Assembly: GCA_014905635.1 (NCBI GenBank)
Contig: JABVCE010000002.1
Location: 1,674,001 to 1,738,000, forward strand
Length of the DNA: 64,000 nt
Reading direction: 5' to 3'
DNA from: Scenedesmus sp. PABB004
Lineage: Eukaryota
This document shows positions 47,257 through 58,686 of the stretch, piece after piece. The position numbers and the translations under genes are program-made. Positions within the stretch are counted from its first letter, which is position 1, and each line of letters opens with the position of its first letter. The notes beneath the pieces were generated by a model, which did not search any database, was not told the origin of the DNA, and worked only from the letters and a program-made list of their open reading frames with translations.

Positions 47257-49417
47257 ATGGCGAGCAAGACGGCGTATGAGCTCGAGCGCGACCGCCGCGT
47301 GGAGGAGAACCGCGCCAAGATCGCGGTGGGTGGCGGGCGAGGTCCCCCGGGCCGATCGGGCGCGCCGCGGCCGGTCCTGAGCGCGCGCGCGCGCCGCCCG
47401 GGCGCAGGAGCTGGGCCTCGCATCTGCTGCCGAGGGCCTGGCGGCCCTGGCGCCGGCCAAGCCGGCCCGCAAGAAGCGCGACAAGAAGGAGGCCGACCCC
47501 GACATCCCCGTGGAGACGCGCCGCAGCGAGCGGCCGCGCAAGGAGGTGTCCTACCTCGAGTTTGAGCGCGGTCCGCGCGTGGAGCGCGAGCCCGTCGACT
47601 ACAGCGAGCGCATCAAGGTGCGCCCGCGCCGAACGCGTGCAGGCCGCTGCGGGCCGCGTCCCACGCCCCGCGCCGCGGCGCGCAGGCCATGACGCTGGAC
47701 GCGGAGGCCGCGGAGAGGCTGCGCGCCGAGATGGAGGCCAAGCGCGCCGAGGGGCCCAAGGGCGGCAAGAGCCGTGGCCCCGTGGACTCGGGGCGCGGCG
47801 TGCGCATCCAGGTGCGGCGCGCCAGGCCCGCGCGAGAGCGCAGGCCGCCCGGCCGGCGCCGCGACCGTTTCGCTCCTCCCGATCGCGACCGCCCCCACCG
47901 CCGACCGCGCCAGGGCGGCCGCGTCTACGACTCCAAGCACGGCGTGACCTGCCACTGGTGCGCGCCGGCACGCCGCGGCGCGCCGGAGGTGCAGGGTGCC
48001 GCCGCGTGTCGCGCTGACCGCCGGCCGCTCCGCGTCCCGGTCCCGCAGGTGCCGCCAGAAGACGCTGGAGGAGCACGTGACCTGCACCAACCCCAACTGC
48101 GGCGGCGGCGGCGGCAAGCGCATGCCGCGGTCCTTCTGGTGAGCCCGTGCCGGAAGCGCACGACAGGCCGGCGGCGGGGTGCCGCGAGGGCGCCGCCGCC
48201 GCCCCGGGCGCACCGCGCACCATTCGACGTGCGCGTGCGCGCGCCGCGCGCTCGCAGCGCCAAGTGCCTGCGCAACCGCCACGGCGAGGACTGCGTCGCG
48301 GCGGACGCGAGCGGCGGCTGGTGGTGCCCCGGCTGCCGCGGCAGCTGCGGCCCCGGCTGCGTGATGTGCTGCAACTGCGGCCCCTGCCGCAAGAAGGTGC
48401 GCGCCGGCGGCGCCGCCGCGCCCGTCGCGCGCGCGCCCGTGCGACGCGCGCCGCCGCGCCGCTCGCGCCGCCGCAGGCGGGCCTGGAGCCGACGCACCAG
48501 GTGGCCAAGCTCGCGCGCGACGCGGGGTTCACCAACGTTCACGACTACCTGGTGCACCTGGTCACGGGTGAGGGTTTAGCAGAGGGGGGGGGGTTGTTGG
48601 GTGTGGGTGTGGGTGGCGGGGAGAGGAGGGCGCGCGGCTGGCAGCCATGGGCGGCGCGGCGAGCGCGCAGAGGGCGCAGCAGCTGCGGCGGGGGCGCGGC
48701 CCGACCTTGGCCGCGCGCGCGGCGCCGCCGCCGCCGCCGCCAGGCGAGACGCCCGAGGTCGTGACGGCGCGCAAGCTGAAGCACGGCTGGGGCGCGTGGC
48801 TCAAGCCCGACGGCAGCGACGCGAGCGAGCAGACCGGCGGCGCGTGCGACGGCGGCGGCGGCTGCGAGGAGCACGCGCACAGCGGTCAGCAGCAGTCGCG
48901 GCAGCGGCAGGCGTCGGAGAGCAGCGAGCAGGCGGACACGGCCAAGCCTGCCGACCAGGTGGGTGGCGGGCCCGCGGCAGCGCAGCAGGTGCGTGCGTGC
49001 GGCCGGGCGCGCGTGCCGCGCCACGCCGCACCGCGCCACCGGGCGCGGCCGCGGCCGCGCTCACGCGCCGCGTGCGCCCGCGCCGCGGCCCCGCAGAACG
49101 CCGCGCGCGGCAAGCGCGCCGGCAAGGGCCGCAAGCCCGCCGCCAAGCCCTCCGCGTCGGCCGGCAAGCAGAAGGCCGCGGGCGGCAAGCGCAAGGCGGC
49201 CGAGGCGGTGGAGCCGCCGCCGCCGGCCGAGGCGGAGGAGGAGGACAGCGCGGGCGCGGCCGACATCGGCGACGCGCCGCTGCTGTCCAGCCAGGACACC
49301 AAGCTGTCGCGGTGCGGGCGACGGGCCGCCACCGCCGGGGCGCTGCGCGCGCGCGCGCGTCGCCCGCTGCGCCCGCCCAGCCGCCCACTGCGCCCCGCCC
49401 CGCTGCCCCCGCTCCCC

Positions 49418-49465
<48 letters not shown>

Positions 49466-49534
49466 GTGCCCCGCAGCAAGCAGCGCATCATGCAGCGCAT
49501 GGGCCTGGCGCCCGTCACAGTGTGCAGCCAGTGA
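47257..49534 (+). CDS. CDCA7: CDCA7-like zf-4CXXC_R1 zinc-finger protein
   Basis: Ten exons: 47257-47325, 47408-47617, 47686-47811, 47914-47957, 48049-48138, 48258-48396, 48477-48567, 48744-48958, 49097-49311, 49477-49534. N-terminal helix YELERDRRVEENRAKIAELGL. Finger motifs GRVYDSKHGVTCHWCRQKT, FCAKCLRNRHGE, WWCPGCRG..CNCGPCRKKAGLEPT, GFTNVHDYL. Confidence 0.82.
49421..49463. repeat. (CT)n microsatellite in the last CDCA7-like intron
   Basis: About 21 perfect CT units just upstream of the acceptor. Confidence 0.9.
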
Positions 49535-50181
49535 GGCCCCGCCGGCTGGCCGCGAGGCCAGCCCTCTTGACTCGACGACGACGCTCGCACGCACGCACCC
49601 ACCTGACAGCGGCGGCCCGGCCGCCGTCAGCAGCGCGGCCGCCAGCCGGGCGCGCGCGCGCTGCTGCTGCGCTGCACACCCCGCGCGCGCGGGGCAGCGC
49701 GACGAAGACAGGACGCCGGGGGGCTCCGGGGTCGGCGGGGAGGGGGCGCGGGACGGCCACGCCCGCGGCGCGGCGCGGCGTGCCGCCGGGTGGGCCAGGG
49801 GCGCCGCCCGGCACACCTTGGCCGCCACTGCGCACTGCTAGGGGCGGGGTGCGATCAAAGCTGACCCACAGGCTGACGCTCAGGCAGGACGTGGGACGGG
49901 GACCGTGTGAGGCGTGTGAGGTAGATAAGGACGGGGGCGGAGGAGCACCCAGGTTTTGACGGCCCCGCCGCGTGCGAGGGCGGGCGGGCGGGCGGGCGCG
50001 GGGGGGGGGGGGGGGCAGATCGAGGTGTGCATGGCCGCGCGCGGCCGCTGCCGCTCCGGGGGAGCGGCGTGTCCAGGTGTAACATGGTGTGAGGCACGCC
50101 CCGCCCCGCACCCGGCCCGCGCACGCGCCCGGTGCGCGGTGCGCGGCGCCGCGCGGCGCCGACGCTCCCTCGCTCGCTCGC

Positions 50182-53100
50182 TCAGCGGCTGCGGCGCTGC
50201 TTCTCCTCCCACTCGCGGATCGCGGAGCGCAGGCCGAGGTTTGGCGTGAGGCCGAGGTGCGCGAGGGCCAGGTTGGTCATGGGGCTCGTGGTGTGCCCGC
50301 TCGCGAGCCACCCCGCGATCGCCTCGCGCTCGTAGGTGTGGCCGTCCGCCGCAAACACGGGGTCGGCCATCACGTCCTGCCGCGCCCCGCGCGGCGCGGC
50401 GCGGCGGCGCGGGCGCGGGCGCGGCCGCGGCCGCGGCCGCGTCAATCGCGCGAGCGCGCACGCGCGGGCAGGGCCGGCAGGCCGGGCGGCGCCAGGCGCG
50501 GGCAGGCCCCGGCGGCGCGCCGCCGCCGCCCCGCGTGCCCCCCCTCCCCCGCGCACACACCCCGGCACGCGCCTGGGTGATGGGGCACAGAAACATGGAC
50601 GGCGGCTGCCCCGCCCCGCCCGCGCCGAGGCTGAGGCTGCGCTTCGCGGCGCCGCGGGCGGGGTCGTACAGCGCGGCACGCTCCGCCAGCTGCAGCAGCG
50701 CCGGCAGCACCTCCTCGCGCAGCTCCGGCCGCGCCGCGCGGCGCTGAGCCGCGCAGCGCATCGCGAGGTGCGCAAAGCTCGCGGCCTCGGTGATCGGCCA
50801 CGCCCCGGCGCGCGGGTCGACGACCGCCGCGAACGACGCCGCGTCGCCCTGGCTGCGCGCGAGCGCCGCGTCGACGACGCCCACCACGCGCGCCGCGTCG
50901 AGCCCCGTCAGCATCTGCAGCAGGATCACGCCTGCCGGGGGCGGCCGGCAGCGGGGGGGGGGGGGGGGGGCGGCGGCAGGCGGCGAGACGCGGCGGGCGC
51001 GGCGGACGCGTGAGCCCGCCGGCGTCGGCGCGTCGTCGCGGCGTCGCGCTGCCGTGCTGCAGCCGCGCCCCGGCGTGCCGCGCCGGGGGCTCACCGAGCG
51101 AGTACGTGTCGCTGCGGGGGCCGTAGCGCCCCGTGGTGAGGTACTCGGGGTCCATGTAGCACGGCGTGCCCACGAGGCGGCTGTCCAGCGCGCTGCTCGG
51201 CGGCGCCCCGCGCGCGTCGCCGCCGCCGCCGCCGCGCCCGGAGAGGTCCAGCTGGGTGCGCCCCGGCGCGCCGGGCATGAGGCGCGACAGGCCGACGTCG
51301 CCCACCTGCGCGGCGGCGCGGCGGCGCGCGGGGCATGGGGCGCGCCGCGGGCGGGCCAAGCCGGGCGCGCGAGCGGGGCTGGTCTCGGCCCCCGCGCGGC
51401 GGGGGTGGGGTGCGCTCTGCCTCCCCCTCCCGCTCCCCTTCCCTCCCCCTGGCCCTGCGTGCCGCGCCTTGCACACGAGGGCTTCATTAAGCAGCAGGTT
51501 CCCCGGCTTGAGGTCCATGTGCACGATCGGCTCGGCCGCGCTGTGCAGGAACACGAGCGCCGACACGACCTCGCACGCGATGCGCACGCGCTCCTGCGCG
51601 CGGCGCGGCGCGGCGCGCAGGCGCGCGGGAGCGCGCGCGGGCGGGCGGCGGGCGGCGGCGCGGCGCGGGCGGGGCGTCACGCGCGCGCCGCGCCGCCCGG
51701 CGGCGCGCGCGAGGGCGCCCTCGTCCGCGCGCGCCTGCCAGGGCAGTCCGGGGGCGTCGCGGCCAAAGAGGTGGTCCTCCAGGCTGCCGTGGTCGAGCAG
51801 CTCATACACGAGCGCGCAGCGCGCGGGGCAGCTGCCGATGAGCAGCACGATGTGGGGGTGGTGCAGGCGGCTCAGGATGGCGACCTGCGGGCGAGCCGGC
51901 GGCGCCGGCGCCGGGGTGGGTGGGCCGCGGGCCGCGGCGGCCGCACTGGACGGGCGCGCGAGCGCGCGCGCCGCTGGCCGCCGGCGGGCGCGCCGCGCGC
52001 CGCGCCGCGAGGTCCGCCCCGGCGCGGACCTCTGCCGCAAACTCCTTGGGTCCCTGGGTGCCGCTGCCGCTCGCGTCGAGGAGCTTCACCGCGACGGGCA
52101 GGCCGTCGAGCCGCCCCCGGAACACCGGCCCGTACCCGCCCGCGCCGAGCTTGTTCGCGGGGCTAAATCCCTGCGCACGGCGGGGCGGGGCGGGGCGCGA
52201 CGCGGCGGTGGCGCGAGGGGAGTGAGCGAGCGGCGCGCGCGTGCACGGCGCGCCGCGCGCGCCCTTGCGCGTCCGCCCTGCAAGAACGCCACCAACCTGC
52301 GTGGCGCGCGCGAGCTCGTCGTAGGTGTACACGCGGCCGGGCGGGCCCGACAGCGTGCCGCCGGCGCCGCTGTCCCACGCGCCGCCGCCGGGCGAGTCGG
52401 GGCCGCTCGAGCCGTCGCCCTGCCGCCGCGGCGCGCGCGCGCGGGTGAGCGGCAGCCGCGGACGCGCGCGCGCGATGCGCCGGCCGCCGGCGGGCGCGCC
52501 CGGCGCGGCGCGCGGCGCACCTGTCCTGGGGGGCGGGGGATGAGCCCGGTGAGGAGGTGCCTCATGCCGCCCACCGCCGCGCTGCCCACCGCGCCCGCGA
52601 CCCTGCTGGCGCCCGACGCCACCGCGCCCACGGCGGCGTTGAGGTCCACGGGCGGCCCCGGCGGCCTGCCGGGCGGCGGCTGCTGCTGCCGCCCGCCCGC
52701 GGGCGGTCCAGCGCTCGGCGGCTGCGGCGCGCCGCCCCAGTCGTCGTCGTCGTCCGCCGCAGCGCCCCAGCCGCCGTCGTCGTCGTCGTCGTCGTCGTCG
52801 TCGCGGCGGCCGCCGCCGTGCGGCGCAGCAGCCGGGGCCGAGCCTGTGGCGCCGCCGGCCGGCGGCGGCGGCGGCATCCCTGCCAGCCACGGCTGCTCCG
52901 CCGCCTGGCCCGGCGGCGGCGCCGCGGGCGGCCAGCCTGCTGGCGCCTGCTGCTGCTGGTGCTGCTGCGTCTGCTGCTGCTGGTGCTGCTGGTGCTGGTG
53001 CTGCTGCTGCCGCTGCTGCGGGTAGCCTGCCTGACCGACGGGCGGCGGCACCGAGGGATACGGCGAGCCGCCGACGCCCGCGCGAGCGCCCGTCCCCGGC

Positions 53101-54021
53101 GGCGGCAGGGGGCGGATGTAGCTGTAATAATCGGGCAGCGGCGCGCCCGCCAGCGGCGGCGCGCCGGGCGCGGGCGGCGCGGACGGCGCGCTCACGCTCG
53201 CGCCGCCGCCCGGCGGCACCGGCAGGCTGCTCAGCCAGTCGTCGTCGCCGCCGCCCGGGAGCGGCTGCGGCACGCTGGGGTAGGCGCCGCCGCCGCTGCC
53301 GAGCGTGAGGGCCGCCAGGTCGGGCGCGGCCACGCGGCCGCCGCCGCCGCCGGTGACCGCCACGTCTGGCGCGGCTGCGCCCCGTGCCTGCCAGGCGACG
53401 GGCGAGCCTGCACGGCAGCCGCAGCGCGGCGGGCGGCGGGGCGGGTTGTGTGCTCGGTGTGTGTGTGTGTGGGGGGGGGGGGGAGCTGGTGAAGCCGCCA
53501 GCGGCGCACCTGACGGAGGCGTGGCGACGCCGCGCCCCGCGAGCGCGTCTGAGAGCAGGCCGACGACCGCCGTGTGCTGCCCCGCCAGCGCCAGGTCCAG
53601 CGGCGTGCGCCCCGCCTCGTTCTTGCGCAGCGGGTCGGCCCCCCGGCGCAGCAGGTCCTTCGCAACGACTGCGTGGCCCTCGCCCGCGGCGAGGTGCAGC
53701 GCGGTGCGGCCCTCCCTGTCGACCAGGTTTGGCGCCGCGCCGCGCGCCAGCAGCTCGCGGGCGATCGTGTCGAAGCCCTTGACCGCGGCAATGTGCAGTG
53801 CCGTCCAGCCCTTCTGCGGGAGGGCGCACCACACCCGCCGCCCGGGCGCGGCTCGGCGCGGAGCAGACTGCCGGCGCCGCCGGCGCAGCTGCGCCGCGCC
53901 GCCGCACCGTGGGCTCAGAGTCGTCGATCGAGGACGCCGGCGCGCGCTGTATCGCCACGCGCACGGCCGAGATGTCGCCCTGCTCGACGGCCGCGTGAAG
54001 CGCGGAGCCGGCGTTCCCCAT
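50182..54021 (-). CDS. Ankyrin-repeat, RLK/Pelle-like Ser/Thr kinase and U-box protein
   Basis: Exons 54021-53908, 53813-53510, 53407-52521, 52419-52297, 52170-52030, 51884-51735, 51593-51468, 51305-51095, 50931-50573, 50376-50182. Ankyrins GWTALHIAA, GRTALHLAA, GRTPLDLA. Kinase YTYDELARATQGF, LGAGGYGPVF, VAVKLL, HMDLKPGN, GDVGLSR, GTPCYMDPEY. U-box [42 protein letters not shown]. Confidence 0.9.
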
Positions 54022-54592
54022 TGTGCGCCGCTGCCGCTGCCGCTGCCGCTGCTCGCTGCTGCTCGCGAACCTGGTGCCTGGCGGGCGCCGCGCGAGCGCG
54101 TGCGAGCGCGACGGTGGGTCCGAGCGCAGGGGCGCGAGCGCTGGGGCGAGCTGGGACTCGCGCAGGCGCGCGGGCGCAGCGGCGGCGCCGAGCAGCGCCC
54201 GCGCGAGGTTGAATGGACTGGCCGCCGCTCCGTCTGGCCCGTGCAGTGCGGGCCACGGGGGAGCGAGAGTGCGACCTGCGGCCAGCGGCGCGGCCGAGCG
54301 GTCGCGCAGTGCGCGGCGCACGGGCGGCCAACCGATGACGGAGCGAGCAGCGGCAAGGCGCCAGCGGCGCCCAGAGCCTGTGCCCGGTCACCAGCAGGGA
54401 GTCACAAAAAACTGGCCGCACGCGCGCCGCCGCCGCGTGGCCGCACGTGCCTGCCCGCGCCCTTGGACAGCGCGCGCCCCGCAGGCTGCGCTCGACCCCC
54501 CTGCGGGCACAATCCGGCGCCGCGCCCACACCCCCTCTGCCACCCTCTCACTCTCACACGCCGTGCGTTCATCGGCACGCGCGCCCGCCGCG

Positions 54593-57500
54593 CTAGCGCG
54601 GCTGCTGCTGCCGCTGCAGCGCCGAGCCCGCCAGGATGGGCACGAGGCTCGGGTGGTGGAACTTGCAGGACGGCCCGTACTTGCAGTTGGCGGTGCGCGA
54701 GTAAAAGGTGCACAGCGGCTGGCCCGGCCGGAACGGCAGCCCCGCCGCGGTGAGCTGCACCGCCGCCTCGGGCGGGTGGTCAAACACACACTCGGCGCCA
54801 TACTTGCAGAACCCTGTCTTGAGGTAAAACTCGCACGCCGTCTTGCCGGGGCGCGCGGGGAAGGTCGGCGTGTGCAGCTCCTCCTCGCCCTCCGCGACGG
54901 CATAGCCGACGACCGGCGCCGCCGCAGCGGCGCCGGCGCCAGGCGCGCCGCCGGGCCCGGGGCTCTTCGGCGCGCCGCCGGCGTCCGCGCCGCCGCCGCT
55001 GCCGCCGCCCGCGGCCGCCTTGGCAAACGACAGCACGCCCGGCCGGGCGGGGCCGGCCGCGGCAGCCGCTGCTGCTGCGCCGCCGCCGCTGACGGCCGCC
55101 GCTGCCACCACCGGCCCGCCGCCGCCGCCGCCGCCGCTGTGCGGCGCCGGCCGCGGCGGCGGCGGCGGCGAGTGCCCCGGCGGCAGCGGCGACGCCGCGA
55201 GCCGGCTGAGCCCGCCGCCGCTGTTGCGCCGCGCGCCGCCGCTGCCGCCGCCGGAGCGCGGCGCGCGGCCCGCGCCGCGCGCCGCCGCGGTCGCGGCGGC
55301 CTGCTCCCAGGGCTTGACAAAGGGCGTGTAGAGGTGCTGCCCGCCCGCCCAGTACTTGGCGAGGTTGGGGTCGTCGCACAGGTGGCGCAGCGCGAAGAAA
55401 AACACGCCCAGGAGGAGCATGGGGAAGCGGCTCGCAAAGTACCTGGCGTGTGCGGAGCGGCGGCGGCGGGCGACGCGTGGGCGCAGGTGCGGCGCCGTGC
55501 CCGCGCCTACGCCGCACGGCCCCCGCGCGCGCCGCACCGGTAGAAGCCGTCTGGGATGGGTCCCATGAGCGCCTGCAGGGGCTCGGGCATCTCCCGGAAG
55601 TGGTTGCGCTTGTTGCGCACCACGCGCAGCAGGTCGCGCAGCGCGGTGAAGTCGTAGCGCCTGTACCGCCCCAGGTTGGCCACGAGCCCCGGGTCGACCG
55701 CGGCGCCCCAGTTGGCGCCGTTTGGCGACAGCGCCGCGGGGGCGTAGCTCTCCAGCGCGCGCAGCAGCGAGGGGTCGGGCTCGCGGTCCTCGTTCTCGAC
55801 CCTGTCGCTGACGTCGACGAGGAACTGCAGCGCCGCGTCCTGGCTCCACCAGAAGGGGTGCCCCAGCACGCCCGCCATGCTCGGCCGGCCGCCGGGGGCC
55901 TTGCACAGCATCGCGGCCACCAGGTTGGCCGCCTCGGGCCAGCGCGCGAGCGGCGCGAGGTTGCAGAGGCCGCGCAAAATGTTGGTGTCGCGCTCGTAGC
56001 CCTCGCCAAAGGGGTGCCGCCCGCCGGCGAGGCAGTGCGCGAGCACCACGCCGAGCGAGAAGACGTCGACGGCGCGGCTCTGCCGCACCGCGCCGCCGTC
56101 GCGCGCGATGAGCTGCTCAGGCGCCTGCCACCCGCTCGACCCGCCTGGCGCGGCGACGCGCGGCGCGGCGGCGTGCGTGAGGCGCTGGCGGCGCGCGGCG
56201 CGCTGCGGGCGCGCTGCGGGCGCGGCCGCCTCGAGGGGCGCGCGCCGCGCCGCGTGCCGCGCCGCGTGCCGCGTGCCGCGTGCCGCGTGCCGCGTGCCGC
56301 GTGCCGCGTGCCGCGTGCCGCGTGCCGCGCGCGCCGCACCCGAGCCGTGGCTCTCGAAGCTGCTCTGCTCGCTCACGAGCTGCTTGCTGAGCCCCATGTC
56401 GCTCAGCTTGGCGCGCCCGCCCTCGGTGAGCAGCACGTTGTGGGGCTTGAGGTCGCGGTGGACGATCTGCCGCGCGTGCAGCGCCGCGAGGCCCGCCGCG
56501 ACGTCGGCCAGCACCGCCATGCACCACGGCGTCGGCTCCCCGGTCGCGGGGTCCTGCGGCACCGCGGCGCGGCGGCGGGTTTGGCGGCGGGTTACGCGAC
56601 GCGCACCCGCAGCGCCCGCAGCCTTGGCCGGCCGGCCGCCCCCCTTCCCTGCGCCAAACACGCCCCACGCCCCCGCCCACGCCCCGCGCGCGCGGCGGCC
56701 CGCACGCGCGGCAGCGCGCCGCCCGCCGCCGCGCCTGCATCGCCGCGACGCCGTCCTTGGTCGCGAGCGTGTCTGCGAGGCTCGTGCGGCAGCGCTCGAG
56801 CGCGAGGTACACAAACTCGCGGTCCTCCTCCATCGCAAAGCAGCGCACGACGTTGGGGTGCTCGTCGCTGAGCACGAGCACCGCGATCTCCTTGCGCGCG
56901 AGCGTGTAGAACTGGCGCAGCAGGCGCTTCACAGCGACGGGGCGGCCGTCGAGCACGCCCTCGTACACGACCGTGCCTGGGGCGGAGCGTGGGTGTGGGT
57001 TGTGTGGGGTGTGTGAGGCGTGTGAGGTGTGCGTGGGGTGTGTGGGGCGTGTGTGGGGTGCGTGAGGTGTGTGGGGTGCGTGTGAGGTGTGTGAGGTGTG
57101 TGGGGTGTGCCGCTCGCCGCCCCTTGCCCCCCCGCCCGCCCGCCCCGCGTGTCTCTCTCTCTCTCTCTCTCTCACCCGCGCTGCCGTAGCCAAGGATGCC
57201 CGGCCCGACGCGCAGGCGGCCGATGACGACCGCGCCGTCCTCGTCCACGTAGCTGCGCGACTGCAGCCCCGGCGGGCCGCCGCCCTCGGAGCCCACGGGC
57301 ACCGGCGACAGCGCGCCGGGGTCGCGCGGCACGGGGCTCGCGGCGGGCGCGGAGCCCGCGGCCGACGGCGGCCGCGACGGCGCCGCCGCGTCGTCGCCGC
57401 CGCCCGGCGCGTCGGCGCCGCCGCTGCTGCGCGCCGCGCCGGGCTCGTCGCCGGCGCCGTCGTGCGCCGGTGCGGCGACGCCGTTGGCGGCAGCGCCTGC

Positions 57501-58592
57501 TGCCGCCCCAGCTGCTGCTGCTGCTCCCTCTGCTGCCTCTGCTGCCTCTGCCGCCGCTGGCGCCTCGCCGCCGCCCTGGGTGTGGCGGTGCTTGGCCTTC
57601 TTGCCCGCGCCGCCCTTCTTCTTGCCCGCCCCGCCCCGCACAGGGCTGACGGGGTCGCCGGCCGCAACGGCGCCGGCGACCGCGGCGGCTGCCGCCGCGC
57701 CGGCCGCGGGCGGAGCGGGCACGGCCGCCGCCGCCAGCGCCGCCGCCGCGCTCGCCGCGCCGCTCTGCACGTACGCGCGCCAGCCCAGCGCCAGCGGCAC
57801 CAGCAGCAGCAGCGCGACCGTGAGCGCGAGGCGCACCGCCTGCCACCACCACGCCAGCTGCGGCGGCTCCGCCCTCTGCGGCGCAGGGGAGCACGGCGGC
57901 GGCGCGTGAGGCAAGCGCCGCCGCGCCTCAGCCGCAGGGCCCTCCGCGAGCGCCGACCGCGCCCCCGCCCCCGCGCCCGCCCGCGCCGGCGCACCTTGCC
58001 CGCCACCACGGTGCTGTCCGGCAGCCACGCCACCGTCTGCGCCTGCTGCGTCGTGATGCTGTGAATGCCCAGCGGCGGCGTGGGGCAGGTCAGGCTGCCC
58101 AGCTCGTCCATCAGCCCGTTGTCGCTGGGGTCCAGCGCGACCAGCGACGCGGTGCCGCCGTCGTCCACCAGCGCCAGCGCACTCCCGCCGCCGCCGCCGC
58201 CGCCGCCGCCGCTGCTGCCGCCGCAGTCGTCGCCGTCGCTGTCGCTGCCGGACGCGCCGCACTCGCCGGCGGCCGGCAGCAGCGGCCTGCTGGGCGGCGC
58301 GGCGGCGCCGCCGCGCGCGCCGTCGTCGCTAGCGGCCTGGCACACGCCCGGCGCGTCGGCAGGCGTGATGTCGAGCGGCAGGCTGCCGACGCGGCGCGGC
58401 CACACGACCGCGCCCGCGCCGCTGCCAGCCGCGAGGCCGCCCTCCTCGCCCTCAGCCAGCATCAGGTGGTCCGCCGGCAGCGCGTACAGGCTGCCCCGCA
58501 GCGCGCCGACGAGCACCGTCGTGCCGCCCGCGAGCTTGCCCCGCAGCTTGTTGCTGCTCGGCAGCAGCGCGCTCGCCGCGAGCGGCAGCAGC

Positions 58593-58686
<94 letters not shown>

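Noticed and set aside
56985..57110. GT-rich repeats resembling telomeric sequence
   Set aside because: Irregular gtgtggg/gtgtgag units inside an IRE1 intron, with no TTTAGGG-type array.
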